Shown: piece by piece, positions 17,118-26,899 of the stretch
How positions within the stretch are numbered: position 1 is the stretch's first letter
How the letters are laid out: the number at the start of each line of letters is the position of its first letter
Origin: an uncultured Draconibacterium sp.
GTDB lineage: Bacteria > Bacteroidota > Bacteroidia > Bacteroidales > Prolixibacteraceae
Direction of reading: 5' to 3'
Assembly: GCA_963677575.1 (NCBI GenBank)
Contig: OY782038.1
Location: 1,916,195 to 1,980,194 of the forward strand
Length of the DNA stretch: 64,000 nt
The notes under the pieces: model-generated
What the model was told of the DNA's origin: nothing
Seen by the model: the letters and a program-made list of their open reading frames with translations, nothing else
Databases searched by the model: none
Program-made: the position numbers and the translations under genes

Positions 17118-18422
17118 ATGGATTACAAGGGGAAGAAAGCTGCTTTTTACACATTAGGCTGTAAACTTAATTTTTCAGAAACGTCGACCATTGCCGGTTC
17201 CTTTAAAGAAGTTGGTTTTGACCGTGTTGAGTTTGATGAAAAAGCCGATGTGTACGTGATTAACACCTGTTCGGTTACCAACCAGGGAGATAAGGCCAGT
17301 CGTAATATTGTGCGCAAGGCCGTAAAACAAAATCCTGATGCTATGGTAATTGTGGTAGGTTGCTACTCGCAGCTAAAACCAGACGAAGTAGGACACATTG
17401 AAGGTGTTGATATGGTACTCGGTACTCAGGAAAAGTTTCATATTCCGCACTACCTTGGCGATCTGCAAAAACGCGAAACTACCGAGATTAAAACAACGCG
17501 TTTAGCCAATATAAAAAATTACCATAAAGCATTTTCGTGGGGCGACCGCACACGCAGTTTCCTCAAAGTGCAGGACGGTTGCGATTATTACTGTTCGTTT
17601 TGTACCATTCCGTATGCACGAGGACGAAGCAGAAACGACAACATCGTTAATACGGTTAAAGAAGCACAAAAATCCGTTCAGAAAGGATACAAAGAAATTA
17701 TACTTACCGGCGTAAATATTGGCGACTTCGGTAAATCAACCGGCGAGAATTTTCTTGATTTATTGAAAGCCCTGGAACAGGTCGATGGCTTGGAACGACT
17801 GCGTTTAGGATCGATTGAACCCAACTTGCTAAAAAATGAAATTATCGAGCTGGTATCCAGCTCGAAAGTCATTATGCCGCATTTCCACTTGCCTTTGCAA
17901 TCGGGCTCCGATGAAATCCTGTCGTTGATGAAACGAAAATATTCCACCGATTTGTACCGAAAAAGAGTGGAGCGTATTCGCGAAATCGTACCCCATGCTT
18001 TTATTGGTGTTGATGTAATAGCAGGTACAAACGGCGAAACCGAAAAATATTTCCAGGAATCGTTCGACTTCCTTAACAGCCTCGAAATCTCGCAATTACA
18101 TGCTTTTACCTACTCTGAAAGAAGTGGAACGCAGGCGCTGAAGATTCCGTGGAAAGTAGATGTGGAAGAACGCAAAAACCGTACACAGAAATACATCAAT
18201 CTATCGGAGAAAAAGCTGCGCGCTTTTTACGAGAAACATATAGAATCAGAACAAACAGCACTTTTTGAGGCGCAGAAAAGCCAGGATAATATGCATGGTT
18301 TTACTGAAAACTACATAAAAGTTGAGGTTCCTTATCAGAAAGAGCTGGTAAATAAGCTGGGCAGCGTAAAATTAAAGTCAATTCTGCCAAACGGTAGCGT
18401 TTCTGTAGATTTTATCGCCTGA
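17118..18422 (+). CDS. mtaB: tRNA t6A methylthiotransferase MtaB
   Basis: TLGCKLN, NTCSVT, radical SAM CDYYCSFC. Confidence 0.92.
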   Translation: MDYKGKKAAFYTLGCKLNFSETSTIAGSFKEVGFDRVEFDEKADVYVINTCSVTNQGDKASRNIVRKAVKQNPDAMVIVVGCYSQLKPDEVGHIEGVDMVLGTQEKFHIPHYLGDLQKRETTEIKTTRLANIKNYHKAFSWGDRTRSFLKVQDGCDYYCSFCTIPYARGRSRNDNIVNTVKEAQKSVQKGYKEIILTGVNIGDFGKSTGENFLDLLKALEQVDGLERLRLGSIEPNLLKNEIIELVSSSKVIMPHFHLPLQSGSDEILSLMKRKYSTDLYRKRVERIREIVPHAFIGVDVIAGTNGETEKYFQESFDFLNSLEISQLHAFTYSERSGTQALKIPWKVDVEERKNRTQKYINLSEKKLRAFYEKHIESEQTALFEAQKSQDNMHGFTENYIKVEVPYQKELVNKLGSVKLKSILPNGSVSVDFIA

Positions 18423-18455
18423 TTTTTCAATACTTTTGTACCAAACAACAGCAAT

Positions 18456-19253
18456 ATGGATTACAAAGAACTTTGTTTTCAGGTTCAAAATATAGCACAC
18501 CGCACAGGTAATTTTATTCGTGGCGAGCAAAAAAAGATTTCTGAGAAAAATATAGAAATTAAAAGTGTTGCCAGCCTGGTAACCTACGTTGATAAAACGG
18601 CAGAAAAACAAATTGTCGATGCTTTGAAAGAGCTGCTTCCGGAAGCCGGTTTTGTTGCCGAAGAAGGAACTGCCGAATCGAATAACGAAAAATATACCTG
18701 GTTTGTCGATCCACTGGATGGCACGACAAACTACCTGCACGGTTTAGCGCCGCATTCGGTTAGTATCGCTCTGGCCGAAGGCAACGAATTAGTGTTGGGC
18801 GTGGTTTATGAAGTAGGCGCCGACGAAATGTTTTATTCATGGAAAGGCGGCCCCGCTTACTGCAACGAAGAGATTATTCAAACAGCAAAACGTTCAAAAT
18901 CGGAAGATACACTGATTGCAACCGGATTCCCTTATTACGCTTTCGACAAAGTAGACGAGTACATTGGCGCCATGAAGGAGCTGATGCAATCAACCCGTGG
19001 AATTCGCCGTTTTGGTTCGGCAGCCATTGATTTGTGTTACGTTGCAGCCGGACGTTTCGATGCTTTTTACGAACACGCCCTACATGCCTGGGATGTAGCA
19101 GCCGGCGTATTTATCTTACAGCAAGCCGGCGGAAAAACTACTGATTTTAATGGTGGCGACAACTGGTTATTTGGTGGCGAACTGGTATCAGCCAGCAACG
19201 CTTATTTCCCCAAATTCTTTGAAATAGTAAACAAGTACCTCGGCGAGAAATAG
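18456..19253 (+). CDS. inositol monophosphatase family (SuhB-like)
   Basis: EE, DPLDGTTNY, WDVAAG. Confidence 0.92.
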   Translation: MDYKELCFQVQNIAHRTGNFIRGEQKKISEKNIEIKSVASLVTYVDKTAEKQIVDALKELLPEAGFVAEEGTAESNNEKYTWFVDPLDGTTNYLHGLAPHSVSIALAEGNELVLGVVYEVGADEMFYSWKGGPAYCNEEIIQTAKRSKSEDTLIATGFPYYAFDKVDEYIGAMKELMQSTRGIRRFGSAAIDLCYVAAGRFDAFYEHALHAWDVAAGVFILQQAGGKTTDFNGGDNWLFGGELVSASNAYFPKFFEIVNKYLGEK

Positions 19254-19380
19254 TACCTCTTGTCATTTCTACGAGTAAACAAGGAGAAATCTTTTATTAC
19301 AGAACTATTCTTAAACAGATTTCTCACTTGGTTAGAAACGTCAGCCATGATTTTTTGTAAATTGCAACAAACAAATCACC

Positions 19381-19857
19381 ATGGCAGAGAAACAAATTGC
19401 AATTCTTCGGGAACAACTGTCGAAATTGGACGAAAAAAAGTTCGATCTTGACGCCTGGAAAACACACACCCTCATTTTTCTGGAACGAATTTTCGGGAAA
19501 GACAATTCGAAACTTAAGCTCATTCAGGATCTTCATTACGATTACTCAAGTTGGAGCCTACGCGACACTGCAGCTGCCGGAAAAACAAAAGACAAAGACC
19601 CGGTAAAAATGCGAGCCAGCGAAATTCTGGAAGCCACCATTGCAGAACTGGAAACACTCGGGCTTCCTGATGAAGAAAAAGAACAACAAAAAGTATGGGA
19701 ATTGCTTCAGGATGAATTAACAGGAAAACAGGTGAAGGAAATTGATGCTTTAGTAAAATCAGACAACAAAGAGAAAGCCAAAAAAATCAGTGAAGTTCTT
19801 GAAAATCTTGAAAAAGAAAACCTTTCTTTGCTGATCGCAAAACTACTTTTGAGCTGA
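19381..19857 (+). CDS. hypothetical helical protein
   Basis: 158-aa ORF co-oriented with neighbours; no recognised motif. Confidence 0.7.
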   Translation: MAEKQIAILREQLSKLDEKKFDLDAWKTHTLIFLERIFGKDNSKLKLIQDLHYDYSSWSLRDTAAAGKTKDKDPVKMRASEILEATIAELETLGLPDEEKEQQKVWELLQDELTGKQVKEIDALVKSDNKEKAKKISEVLENLEKENLSLLIAKLLLS

Positions 19858-19860
19858 TTT

Positions 19861-20901
19861 ATGAGCAAAGACAAAAAGATTGCCATTGTAATTCTAAACT
19901 GGAACGGGGTAAAACTTTTCCCCGATTATCTCCCATCTGTAATAGAACATTCCAAAGGCGAAAACATTGAGGTAATTGTTGCCGACAACGGATCAACCGA
20001 CAATTCGCTGGAGTTTTTGAAAGCCAATTTTCCTGAGGTTACTTTGCTCGACCTCAAAGAAAATTATGGTTTTGCCAAAGGCTACAATGTTGCTTTAAAC
20101 CAGATTGAGGCTGATTATTTTGTGCTGCTAAATTCGGATGTTAAAGTTGAACCAAACTGGATCCAACCGTGCATCAACCAATTTGTACAGGATGATAAAG
20201 TTGTTGCCGTTCAGCCCAAAGTTTTAAGTTTTAACGAACCCGAACTTTTTGAATATGCAGGAGCAGCAGGAGGTTTTATCGATAAATTTGGTTACCCGTT
20301 TTGCCGTGGCAGAATTCTCGATCATGTGGAGAAAGATGAAAATCAGTACGACCAGTCGAGTGAAATTTTCTGGGCAACCGGAGCGTGTATGTTTGTAAAG
20401 GCCAAAGCTTTTAAAAAGGCTGGAGGTTTGGATGCCAGTTTTTGGGCACACATGGAAGAAATTGATTTATGCTGGCGCTGGAAAAACCAGGGCTACAAAA
20501 TTGTATACGAACCCGGTAGTGTAGTTTATCATTTAGGTGGCGGAAGTCTCGAGTACGGAAATCCCAAAAAGGTTTACCTCAACTTCCGCAACAATCTTTA
20601 CATGCTTTATAAAAACCTGCCGAAGAAGAAATTCCTGCCCATTTTATTAACCCGAATGATTCTGGATGGCGTTGCTGCTGCCAAGTTTTTAGTGGGAAGA
20701 GAATTTAAAGCTTTTAGTGCCGTGGCAAAAGCACATCGCGATTTCTACAAGAACATTTCGGCACTGCGCAAAAAAAGAAAGGATTTGTTAAAGTTGGCAA
20801 GTGTTAACAATCACAAACAGATTTACCCGAAAAGCATCATGTGGAAGTTCTTTGTACAGAAAAGATATAAATTTGCCGAACTGAATTTCAATCCGGAATA
20901 A
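19861..20901 (+). CDS. glycosyltransferase family 2
   Basis: IVILNWNG, DNGSTD, LLNSD, EEIDLCWR. Confidence 0.92.
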   Translation: MSKDKKIAIVILNWNGVKLFPDYLPSVIEHSKGENIEVIVADNGSTDNSLEFLKANFPEVTLLDLKENYGFAKGYNVALNQIEADYFVLLNSDVKVEPNWIQPCINQFVQDDKVVAVQPKVLSFNEPELFEYAGAAGGFIDKFGYPFCRGRILDHVEKDENQYDQSSEIFWATGACMFVKAKAFKKAGGLDASFWAHMEEIDLCWRWKNQGYKIVYEPGSVVYHLGGGSLEYGNPKKVYLNFRNNLYMLYKNLPKKKFLPILLTRMILDGVAAAKFLVGREFKAFSAVAKAHRDFYKNISALRKKRKDLLKLASVNNHKQIYPKSIMWKFFVQKRYKFAELNFNPE

Positions 20902-20903
20902 CC

Positions 20904-21320
20904 ATGCAAAAATTAAAATTTCAAGAACCTGTTTATACTTATCACATTGATTTTGTTGGACATGTAAACAATATCATTTACGTTCAATGGCTGGAAAATG
21001 CCCGTGTTAAACTGATTGAAGCAATGGGTTTATCTATCTCGCAAATTTCAATTGACGACGATATTTTACCCATCATCACAGAAACGAACATTCAATACAA
21101 AAAGCCGTTTTTTCTGAACAACGAAGTGCATGTTGAAGTCTGGGTTTCAGAGATTTTTAATGTTTCGGCAAACTTTAAATTCCGCTTCCGGAACGAAAAA
21201 GGCGAAATCTGTTCTACTGCTCAACAAAAAGTTTTGTTTATCGACCGTGCAACTCAGCGTCCTTCGCGTAAGTTTGTGAAATACAGGGAGAATTTCGAAA
21301 AATATTTATTACGCGAATAA
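20904..21320 (+). CDS. acyl-CoA thioesterase (hotdog, 4HBT/YbgC-like)
   Basis: IDFVGHVNN..Y..W.E.AR. Confidence 0.88.
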   Translation: MQKLKFQEPVYTYHIDFVGHVNNIIYVQWLENARVKLIEAMGLSISQISIDDDILPIITETNIQYKKPFFLNNEVHVEVWVSEIFNVSANFKFRFRNEKGEICSTAQQKVLFIDRATQRPSRKFVKYRENFEKYLLRE

Positions 21321-21333
21321 GTGCATAAAAGAA

Positions 21334-22047
21334 ATGACCTTCAAAACCAGACTTAAACCAATAATTGAAGATAATACTAACAAGGCTGGGAAATGGTTTG
21401 ATCTTATCATTCAATTTTTTATTATTCTATCATTGCTCTCTTTTTCTATTGAAACTTTACCCAACGTAGATGATAGATTAAGAGAATTTTTACATGAATT
21501 CGAATTATTTTCAATAATTGTTTTTACGATTGAGTACCTTTTGAGATTATGGGTCTCTGATAAAAAACTTAAATTCATATTTAGCTTTTATGGATTAATC
21601 GACCTTTTTGCAATTCTACCATTTTATCTCTCTTTTGGTATTGATTTACGAAGCATTAGAGTTTTTCGACTCATTAGATTATTCAGATTATTTAAGATAC
21701 TTCGCTTCAACGATGCAATTCAAAATTTCATTAGGGCACTAAAATCAATTAAGGAAGAGTTAATACTCTATTTTATCGTTTCTTTATTTCTAATCTTTTT
21801 ATCCGCTGTTGGGATATATTATTTTGAAAATCCTGTCCAACCAGAAGTTTTCAAATCAATTTTTCACAGCGCTTGGTGGGCTGTTGCAACCTTAACAACA
21901 GTTGGTTACGGCGACATTTACCCAATTACAGCAGGAGGTAAGATTTTCACATCGCTAATTTTATTAATTGGATTAGGAGTAGTAGCAGTTCCAACAGGAT
22001 TAATTGCCTCAGCATTCTCAAAAATAAAAGATGACAAAGACAAATAG
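21334..22047 (+). CDS. voltage-gated-type potassium channel (ion transport protein)
   Basis: S4-like RVFRLIRLFRLFK; pore TLTTVGYGD. Confidence 0.92.
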   Translation: MTFKTRLKPIIEDNTNKAGKWFDLIIQFFIILSLLSFSIETLPNVDDRLREFLHEFELFSIIVFTIEYLLRLWVSDKKLKFIFSFYGLIDLFAILPFYLSFGIDLRSIRVFRLIRLFRLFKILRFNDAIQNFIRALKSIKEELILYFIVSLFLIFLSAVGIYYFENPVQPEVFKSIFHSAWWAVATLTTVGYGDIYPITAGGKIFTSLILLIGLGVVAVPTGLIASAFSKIKDDKDK

Positions 22048-22106
22048 GTCTTCTTTGTGATTCTCTTTTTGTCAATTCAAAAATCCGTTATAACTTTGTC
22101 CCGATA

Positions 22107-22197
22107 TTTACGCAATGGGGTGTCCCGATAAAGCATCGGGACTGAGATTATACTCAAAGAACCTGATCCGGTTAGCACCGGCGTAGGGAGAGCGAAA
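22107..22197 (+). ncRNA. TPP riboswitch
   Basis: GGGGTG..CTGAGA..ATAC...GAACCTGATCCGGTTAGCACCGGCGTAGGGA aptamer core; boundaries approximate. Confidence 0.9.
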
Positions 22198-22215
22198 AGG
22201 ATTTGTTCCTACCTC

Positions 22216-22241
22216 ATTGGTTAGTTTATTAACCAATTTTT
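22216..22241 (+). terminator. riboswitch expression-platform terminator
   Basis: ATTGGTTA-GTTTAT-TAACCAAT-TTTT between the aptamer and ATG 22250. Confidence 0.7.
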
Positions 22242-22249
22242 CAAAAGAA

Positions 22250-24691
22250 ATGAGAAGACTTAGTTTAATGCTGCTGTTGCAATTGATGGCAGTAATTGCT
22301 TTCGGGCAAATTAATTTAACAGGCGTTGTTAAAGGAGATGGAGAAGCTTTGGCCGGTGCCAGCGTGGTAATCGAAAAATCGTTTTATGGCGTATCGACCA
22401 AAGCCAACGGAGGTTTTGAATTTAAAAACCTGAAACCGGGCGATTACACTTTGCTGGTTTCGTTTATCGGTTTCGAACCACAAAAGATCGAGCTTCAACT
22501 TTCTGCAAGTAAAAACATTGAAGTAAACCTGAAGCCCAACGTAATTATGACCGATGAAGTGTTGATTTCGGCAACACGCGCCGGTAATAAAACACCGGTT
22601 GCCTACAACAATGTTTCAAAAGAACAGCTAAAAAGCCAGAACCTGGGACAAGACATCCCGTACCTGCTACAACTAACACCTTCGTTTGTGGCAACTTCTG
22701 ATGCGGGTGCAGGTGTGGGGTACACCAATTTCCGTATCCGTGGAACAGATTTGAACCGTATCAATGTTAGCATAGACGGTATCCCTATTTCAGAATCAGA
22801 ATCGCACGGAACCTGGTTTGTTGACATTCCGGATTTGGCATCATCGCTTGAGAATGTACAGGTTCAGCGTGGTGTTGGAACATCAGCTAACGGAGCAGCT
22901 GCTTTCGGTGGCTCTATCGACCTGCAAACCAACACCCTGAATAAAGAACCTTCTGCCGAATACCGCATGTCGGTTGGTTCTTTTAACACCTTAAAAAACA
23001 CTGTTTCGGCAGGAACCGGACTGATTGACGGGAAATTTACATTCGATGTTCGTTTAAGTAAAGTAAAATCAGACGGCTATGTCGACCGTGCTTACTCTGA
23101 TTTGAAATCATTCTTTGTTTCGGGAGGCTACTATTCAAAAAAATCGGTCTTAAAAATTAATATTTTCTCTGGTTTGGAAGAAACTTACCAGTCGTGGTGG
23201 GGTGTTCCGTCGGTGCGTTTAAACAACGATATGGAAGGAATGCAGCGCTACGAAGACCACTGGCTGTACTCGCACGAAGAAACCCAGCACATGATAAATT
23301 CTGATAGTCGCACCTACAATTATTATACTTACGACAACCAGATTGACCACTACCAACAAGATTATTACCACCTGCATTTTTCGCATCAGTTTAACGAGTA
23401 CCTGCACCTGAACACAGGATTGCATTACCGTCGCGGTCGTGGTTATTACGAGAACTACAAGAGTGATGAAGATTTTGAAGATTACCAATTGCCCTACCCG
23501 GTAGTGGGAAATGACACTGTTTTTTCAACCGACCTGGTAAATCGCAAATGGCTTGATAATGACTTTTACGGGATTGTTTTTGCCTTGAACTATAAAAAAG
23601 ACAGGGCCGACTTTACTTTAGGCGGCGGTTGGAATACTTACGACGGTGATCATTTCGGAAATATTATTTGGGCTGAATATTTGGGCAATACAGCTACAAA
23701 CTACGAATGGTACCGCGGAAACGGCTTAAAGAAGGATCTTAATTTTTACGGAAAGTTCAGCTACCAACTGGCAAAGAAATTAAATGTTTATGCCGATTTA
23801 CAATACCGCAACATCAACTATAAAATTACAGGGATCAATGACGATTTGAGAAACATTGCACAGGAACACAACTACAATTTCTTTAACCCGAAACTGGGTG
23901 TATTCTACCAGCCAACGGATAACCAGAAAGTGTATCTTTCGTTTGCTGTAGCTAACCGCGAACCGAACCGCGACAACTTTGTAGATGCCGATCCGAACGG
24001 AAAACAACCGGTACACGAAACCTTACACGACTGGGAAATGGGGTACAACTTTCAATCTTCAAATTTTACAGCAGGAGCCAATTTGTATTTTATGAATTAC
24101 AAAGACCAACTGGTTTTAACCGGCGAAATAAACGATGTGGGTAGCGTAATTTTGCTAAATGTTGACAAAAGTTACCGAGCCGGATTGGAGCTTCAGACTG
24201 GTTGGCAGATTTCGCCGACACTGCAATGGAATGCAAATGCTACTATTAGTCAAAATAAAATAAACGATTTTGTTGAATATGTAGATGATTGGGATACCGG
24301 CGGACAGCAAGTATTTGAACTGGGAACTACCGATTTAGCCTTCTCCCCCAACTTTATCGGAAACAGCCAGATACTGTTTACTCCATCTAAGAACTTTTCA
24401 ATTAGTTTGATTTCGAGTTATGTTGGTAAACAATACATCGACAATACATCAAACAACGACAGAGTGATTGATGCCTATTTTGTAAACAATATGAAAGTTG
24501 ATTATAGCATTAAAACCGGTTTCTTCGATGAAATTGTTTTGCACTGTATGGTAAATAACCTGTTTAACGAAGAATATGAATCGAACGCCTGGGTGTATTC
24601 CTACTTTCTCGGTGGAGAACGCTACAAACAAGACGGTTATTTTACACAGGCAGGAGTACACTTTATGTTTGGAGTAGACTTCTCTTTTTAA
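22250..24691 (+). CDS. TonB-dependent receptor, probable thiamine uptake
   Basis: signal peptide, CarboxypepD-like domain, plug (IRG..RINV.IDG.P), terminal aromatic residue; lies under a TPP riboswitch. Confidence 0.88.
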   Translation: MRRLSLMLLLQLMAVIAFGQINLTGVVKGDGEALAGASVVIEKSFYGVSTKANGGFEFKNLKPGDYTLLVSFIGFEPQKIELQLSASKNIEVNLKPNVIMTDEVLISATRAGNKTPVAYNNVSKEQLKSQNLGQDIPYLLQLTPSFVATSDAGAGVGYTNFRIRGTDLNRINVSIDGIPISESESHGTWFVDIPDLASSLENVQVQRGVGTSANGAAAFGGSIDLQTNTLNKEPSAEYRMSVGSFNTLKNTVSAGTGLIDGKFTFDVRLSKVKSDGYVDRAYSDLKSFFVSGGYYSKKSVLKINIFSGLEETYQSWWGVPSVRLNNDMEGMQRYEDHWLYSHEETQHMINSDSRTYNYYTYDNQIDHYQQDYYHLHFSHQFNEYLHLNTGLHYRRGRGYYENYKSDEDFEDYQLPYPVVGNDTVFSTDLVNRKWLDNDFYGIVFALNYKKDRADFTLGGGWNTYDGDHFGNIIWAEYLGNTATNYEWYRGNGLKKDLNFYGKFSYQLAKKLNVYADLQYRNINYKITGINDDLRNIAQEHNYNFFNPKLGVFYQPTDNQKVYLSFAVANREPNRDNFVDADPNGKQPVHETLHDWEMGYNFQSSNFTAGANLYFMNYKDQLVLTGEINDVGSVILLNVDKSYRAGLELQTGWQISPTLQWNANATISQNKINDFVEYVDDWDTGGQQVFELGTTDLAFSPNFIGNSQILFTPSKNFSISLISSYVGKQYIDNTSNNDRVIDAYFVNNMKVDYSIKTGFFDEIVLHCMVNNLFNEEYESNAWVYSYFLGGERYKQDGYFTQAGVHFMFGVDFSF

Positions 24692-24714
24692 AAAATTGAG
24701 GATTGGAGATTGAA

Positions 24715-24766
24715 GATTAACGATTGCAGAATTATGATTTAACGTTCAAATCTGCAATCGTTAATC
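24715..24766. terminator. 16-bp perfect inverted repeat between convergent genes
   Basis: GATTAACGATTGCAGA (24715-24730) / TCTGCAATCGTTAATC (24751-24766). Confidence 0.65.
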
Positions 24767-24774
24767 AATATTCA

Positions 24775-25905
24775 TCATTCTAAAATCACTTTCCCTTCAA
24801 TTTCAACCAACAGATCATCGCGGCATACATCGGCCAAAATATAAACTACCGGTAAATCTCCGTAAACCTTCTTCACTACATTTCGAATTTTAGTGTAATC
24901 TTTCCTGTTTTTAACGTAAACCCTGGCGTGACCGAATTTTGGATTAGCAACATCGTCGGGTAAAGCAGCCAGAACCTTATCGGAATACAAACGTTGCATA
25001 TTCTGAATCGTTATTTCAGTTTGTTTTGCCGCATCGCCTACACCAACCGTTTTTTCGCCAATAATGGATGCCGTTCCGGAAATAAAAATCAACTTTTTGT
25101 TTCGATATTTTAAGTAACGTGCCCGTTCAAACTTTGGTGTTGTTTTTAGATTACACTCTTCGCCAACCAAAACTTTTTCGGTGTATTGATGTGCCGAAAT
25201 CTGATCAGGATTATCAACAGGTTGCGTGTACATCTCTTTCGATTTTACAGCAACATATTCGATAAGCACACCACCGTGCGTCATTCCAATTCCTGTTGCA
25301 GCCGGATATCCCGTTTGCTCAAACACTTTTCCATAGGCATCCGAGCGCACATTATTAAACTCCTGGTAACGCTGTTCTTCACCGTCGAATCCCAAAATAT
25401 CTTCCAGGTAATTCCACTGGCGAACAATCGAATTCAGCGGGAATTGTGCTTCCTCAAAAGTTTCAACAAGCTCATCAAAAGCCTTCTCTGCATTCAATTT
25501 ACAATCGCTGTTATGATTGGCATGAACAGTTCCCAACAAAATTTCGGTGGTACCATTCAGAAACAAAGCCGTACCATTTTCGCCTTCCGAAAGCATCTGG
25601 CAATCCCAGTTCTCAGGATCGTAATAATACGCCTCAACAATAACTTTGCAACTTAGCGGTGCCTGGGAAATAAAACTTATCAGAATTTCGCTTCCAATCA
25701 GTTCTTTCACCTGAGAGCGAACATCTTTCAGCAGTTTATCGTACTCTGAATTTGAATTGGTATCGACAAAGAAATTTAGTTTGAAGATCCGTTTTCCTGA
25801 ATTGATTTTCTCCAATTGCTCCAGGCAATTTTGAAGTTGCAAACTTAAGCCTTTACAACCGTTTTCAGGTTTTATATATGTTCTGTCTCCGTTTAGAAAA
25901 TACAT
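24775..25905 (-). CDS. YjgF/Rid-fold protein resembling the FkbO/Hyg5 chorismatase family
   Basis: IVRQWNY..DI, YQEFN..R, PAATGIG, FISGTASI, ADVCRDDLLVEIEG. Confidence 0.6.
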   Translation of the reverse strand: MYFLNGDRTYIKPENGCKGLSLQLQNCLEQLEKINSGKRIFKLNFFVDTNSNSEYDKLLKDVRSQVKELIGSEILISFISQAPLSCKVIVEAYYYDPENWDCQMLSEGENGTALFLNGTTEILLGTVHANHNSDCKLNAEKAFDELVETFEEAQFPLNSIVRQWNYLEDILGFDGEEQRYQEFNNVRSDAYGKVFEQTGYPAATGIGMTHGGVLIEYVAVKSKEMYTQPVDNPDQISAHQYTEKVLVGEECNLKTTPKFERARYLKYRNKKLIFISGTASIIGEKTVGVGDAAKQTEITIQNMQRLYSDKVLAALPDDVANPKFGHARVYVKNRKDYTKIRNVVKKVYGDLPVVYILADVCRDDLLVEIEGKVILE

Positions 25906-26090
25906 CCTATTCTCCCCTCACTCAAAAGAAATGAAGCACAAATATGCGTGTTTTTTACTTCAAAAAAATGATTTCGGTCAAATTTCTTGTCATAAGTACA
26001 AAGAGCTATAATTACACTTCGTAATAACATTCATGATTCCCGGAAATCACTAACAGGAATGAAAGCTAAACAATATTCAACAAACTCTCC

Positions 26091-26149
26091 CTCACTCCCT
26101 CTCTTCGCGAAGAGAGGGACGATTGTGTCGTAGGCACAATCATGGTGAG
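26091..26149. repeat. REP-like branched palindrome
   Basis: CTCAC/GTGAG closing stem around a perfect 24-bp palindrome TCCCTCTCTTCGCGAAGAGAGGGA and a GATTGTG/CACAATC hairpin. Confidence 0.65.
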
Positions 26150-26215
26150 TCAATAAATTTTGAAGCATATTTTGCTATTAATTTTCACTTGACTTTCATA
26201 AAAGAAGTTAAGCGA

Positions 26216-26896
26216 CTAATAATCATCTGATGCTGTGGCTCCGTTTAGCACCGCTTCAGTTGAACCAATCCCCAAACGATCGGCTCCCATATCAAGAAAA
26301 GCCACTGCTGTTTCCCAGTCGCGGATGCCCCCCGACGGTTTTACCTGCATTTTATCGCCAACGGTTTTTACCATCACCTCGATGTATTCAGGTTTGGCAC
26401 CACCCGGTCCGAATCCGGTTGATGTTTTTACAAAATCGGCACCTGCCTCGTACGACAATTCGCAGGCTTTAGCAATTTGCTCAAGCGTTAAATGACCACT
26501 TTCCTGGATAACCTTTACCAGCACATTGTGTTGGTGAGCCACCTCAACTACGGCTTTAATATCGTCGCGAACATAATCGTATTCGCCCGACAAAAAGCGG
26601 CCGATATTCATTACCATATCAATTTCGTCGGTTCCGTCTTCAATGGCCTGTTTTGCCTGAAATGCTTTGGTCGGTGTTGCATCAGCTCCGTGCGGAAAAC
26701 TAAGCACACACGACACTTTTACGCCACTGTCTTTCAACAATTCTTTAGCCGGTTTTATATCACAAGGTTTCACACACATACTGAAAACCTTATTCTTAAT
26801 GCACATTTCGGCATTCGCTTTCAAATCGGCCAGCGTTTGTTCCGGTTTCAAAACCGCGTGGTCGATCGTTTGTGCTACTTGTTCTTTTGTATACAT
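26216..26896 (-). CDS. deoC: deoxyribose-phosphate aldolase
   Basis: IDHAVLKP, EIDMVMN, DFVKTSTGF, KPSGGIR. Confidence 0.95.
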   Translation of the reverse strand: MYTKEQVAQTIDHAVLKPEQTLADLKANAEMCIKNKVFSMCVKPCDIKPAKELLKDSGVKVSCVLSFPHGADATPTKAFQAKQAIEDGTDEIDMVMNIGRFLSGEYDYVRDDIKAVVEVAHQHNVLVKVIQESGHLTLEQIAKACELSYEAGADFVKTSTGFGPGGAKPEYIEVMVKTVGDKMQVKPSGGIRDWETAVAFLDMGADRLGIGSTEAVLNGATASDDY

Positions 26897-26899
26897 ATT

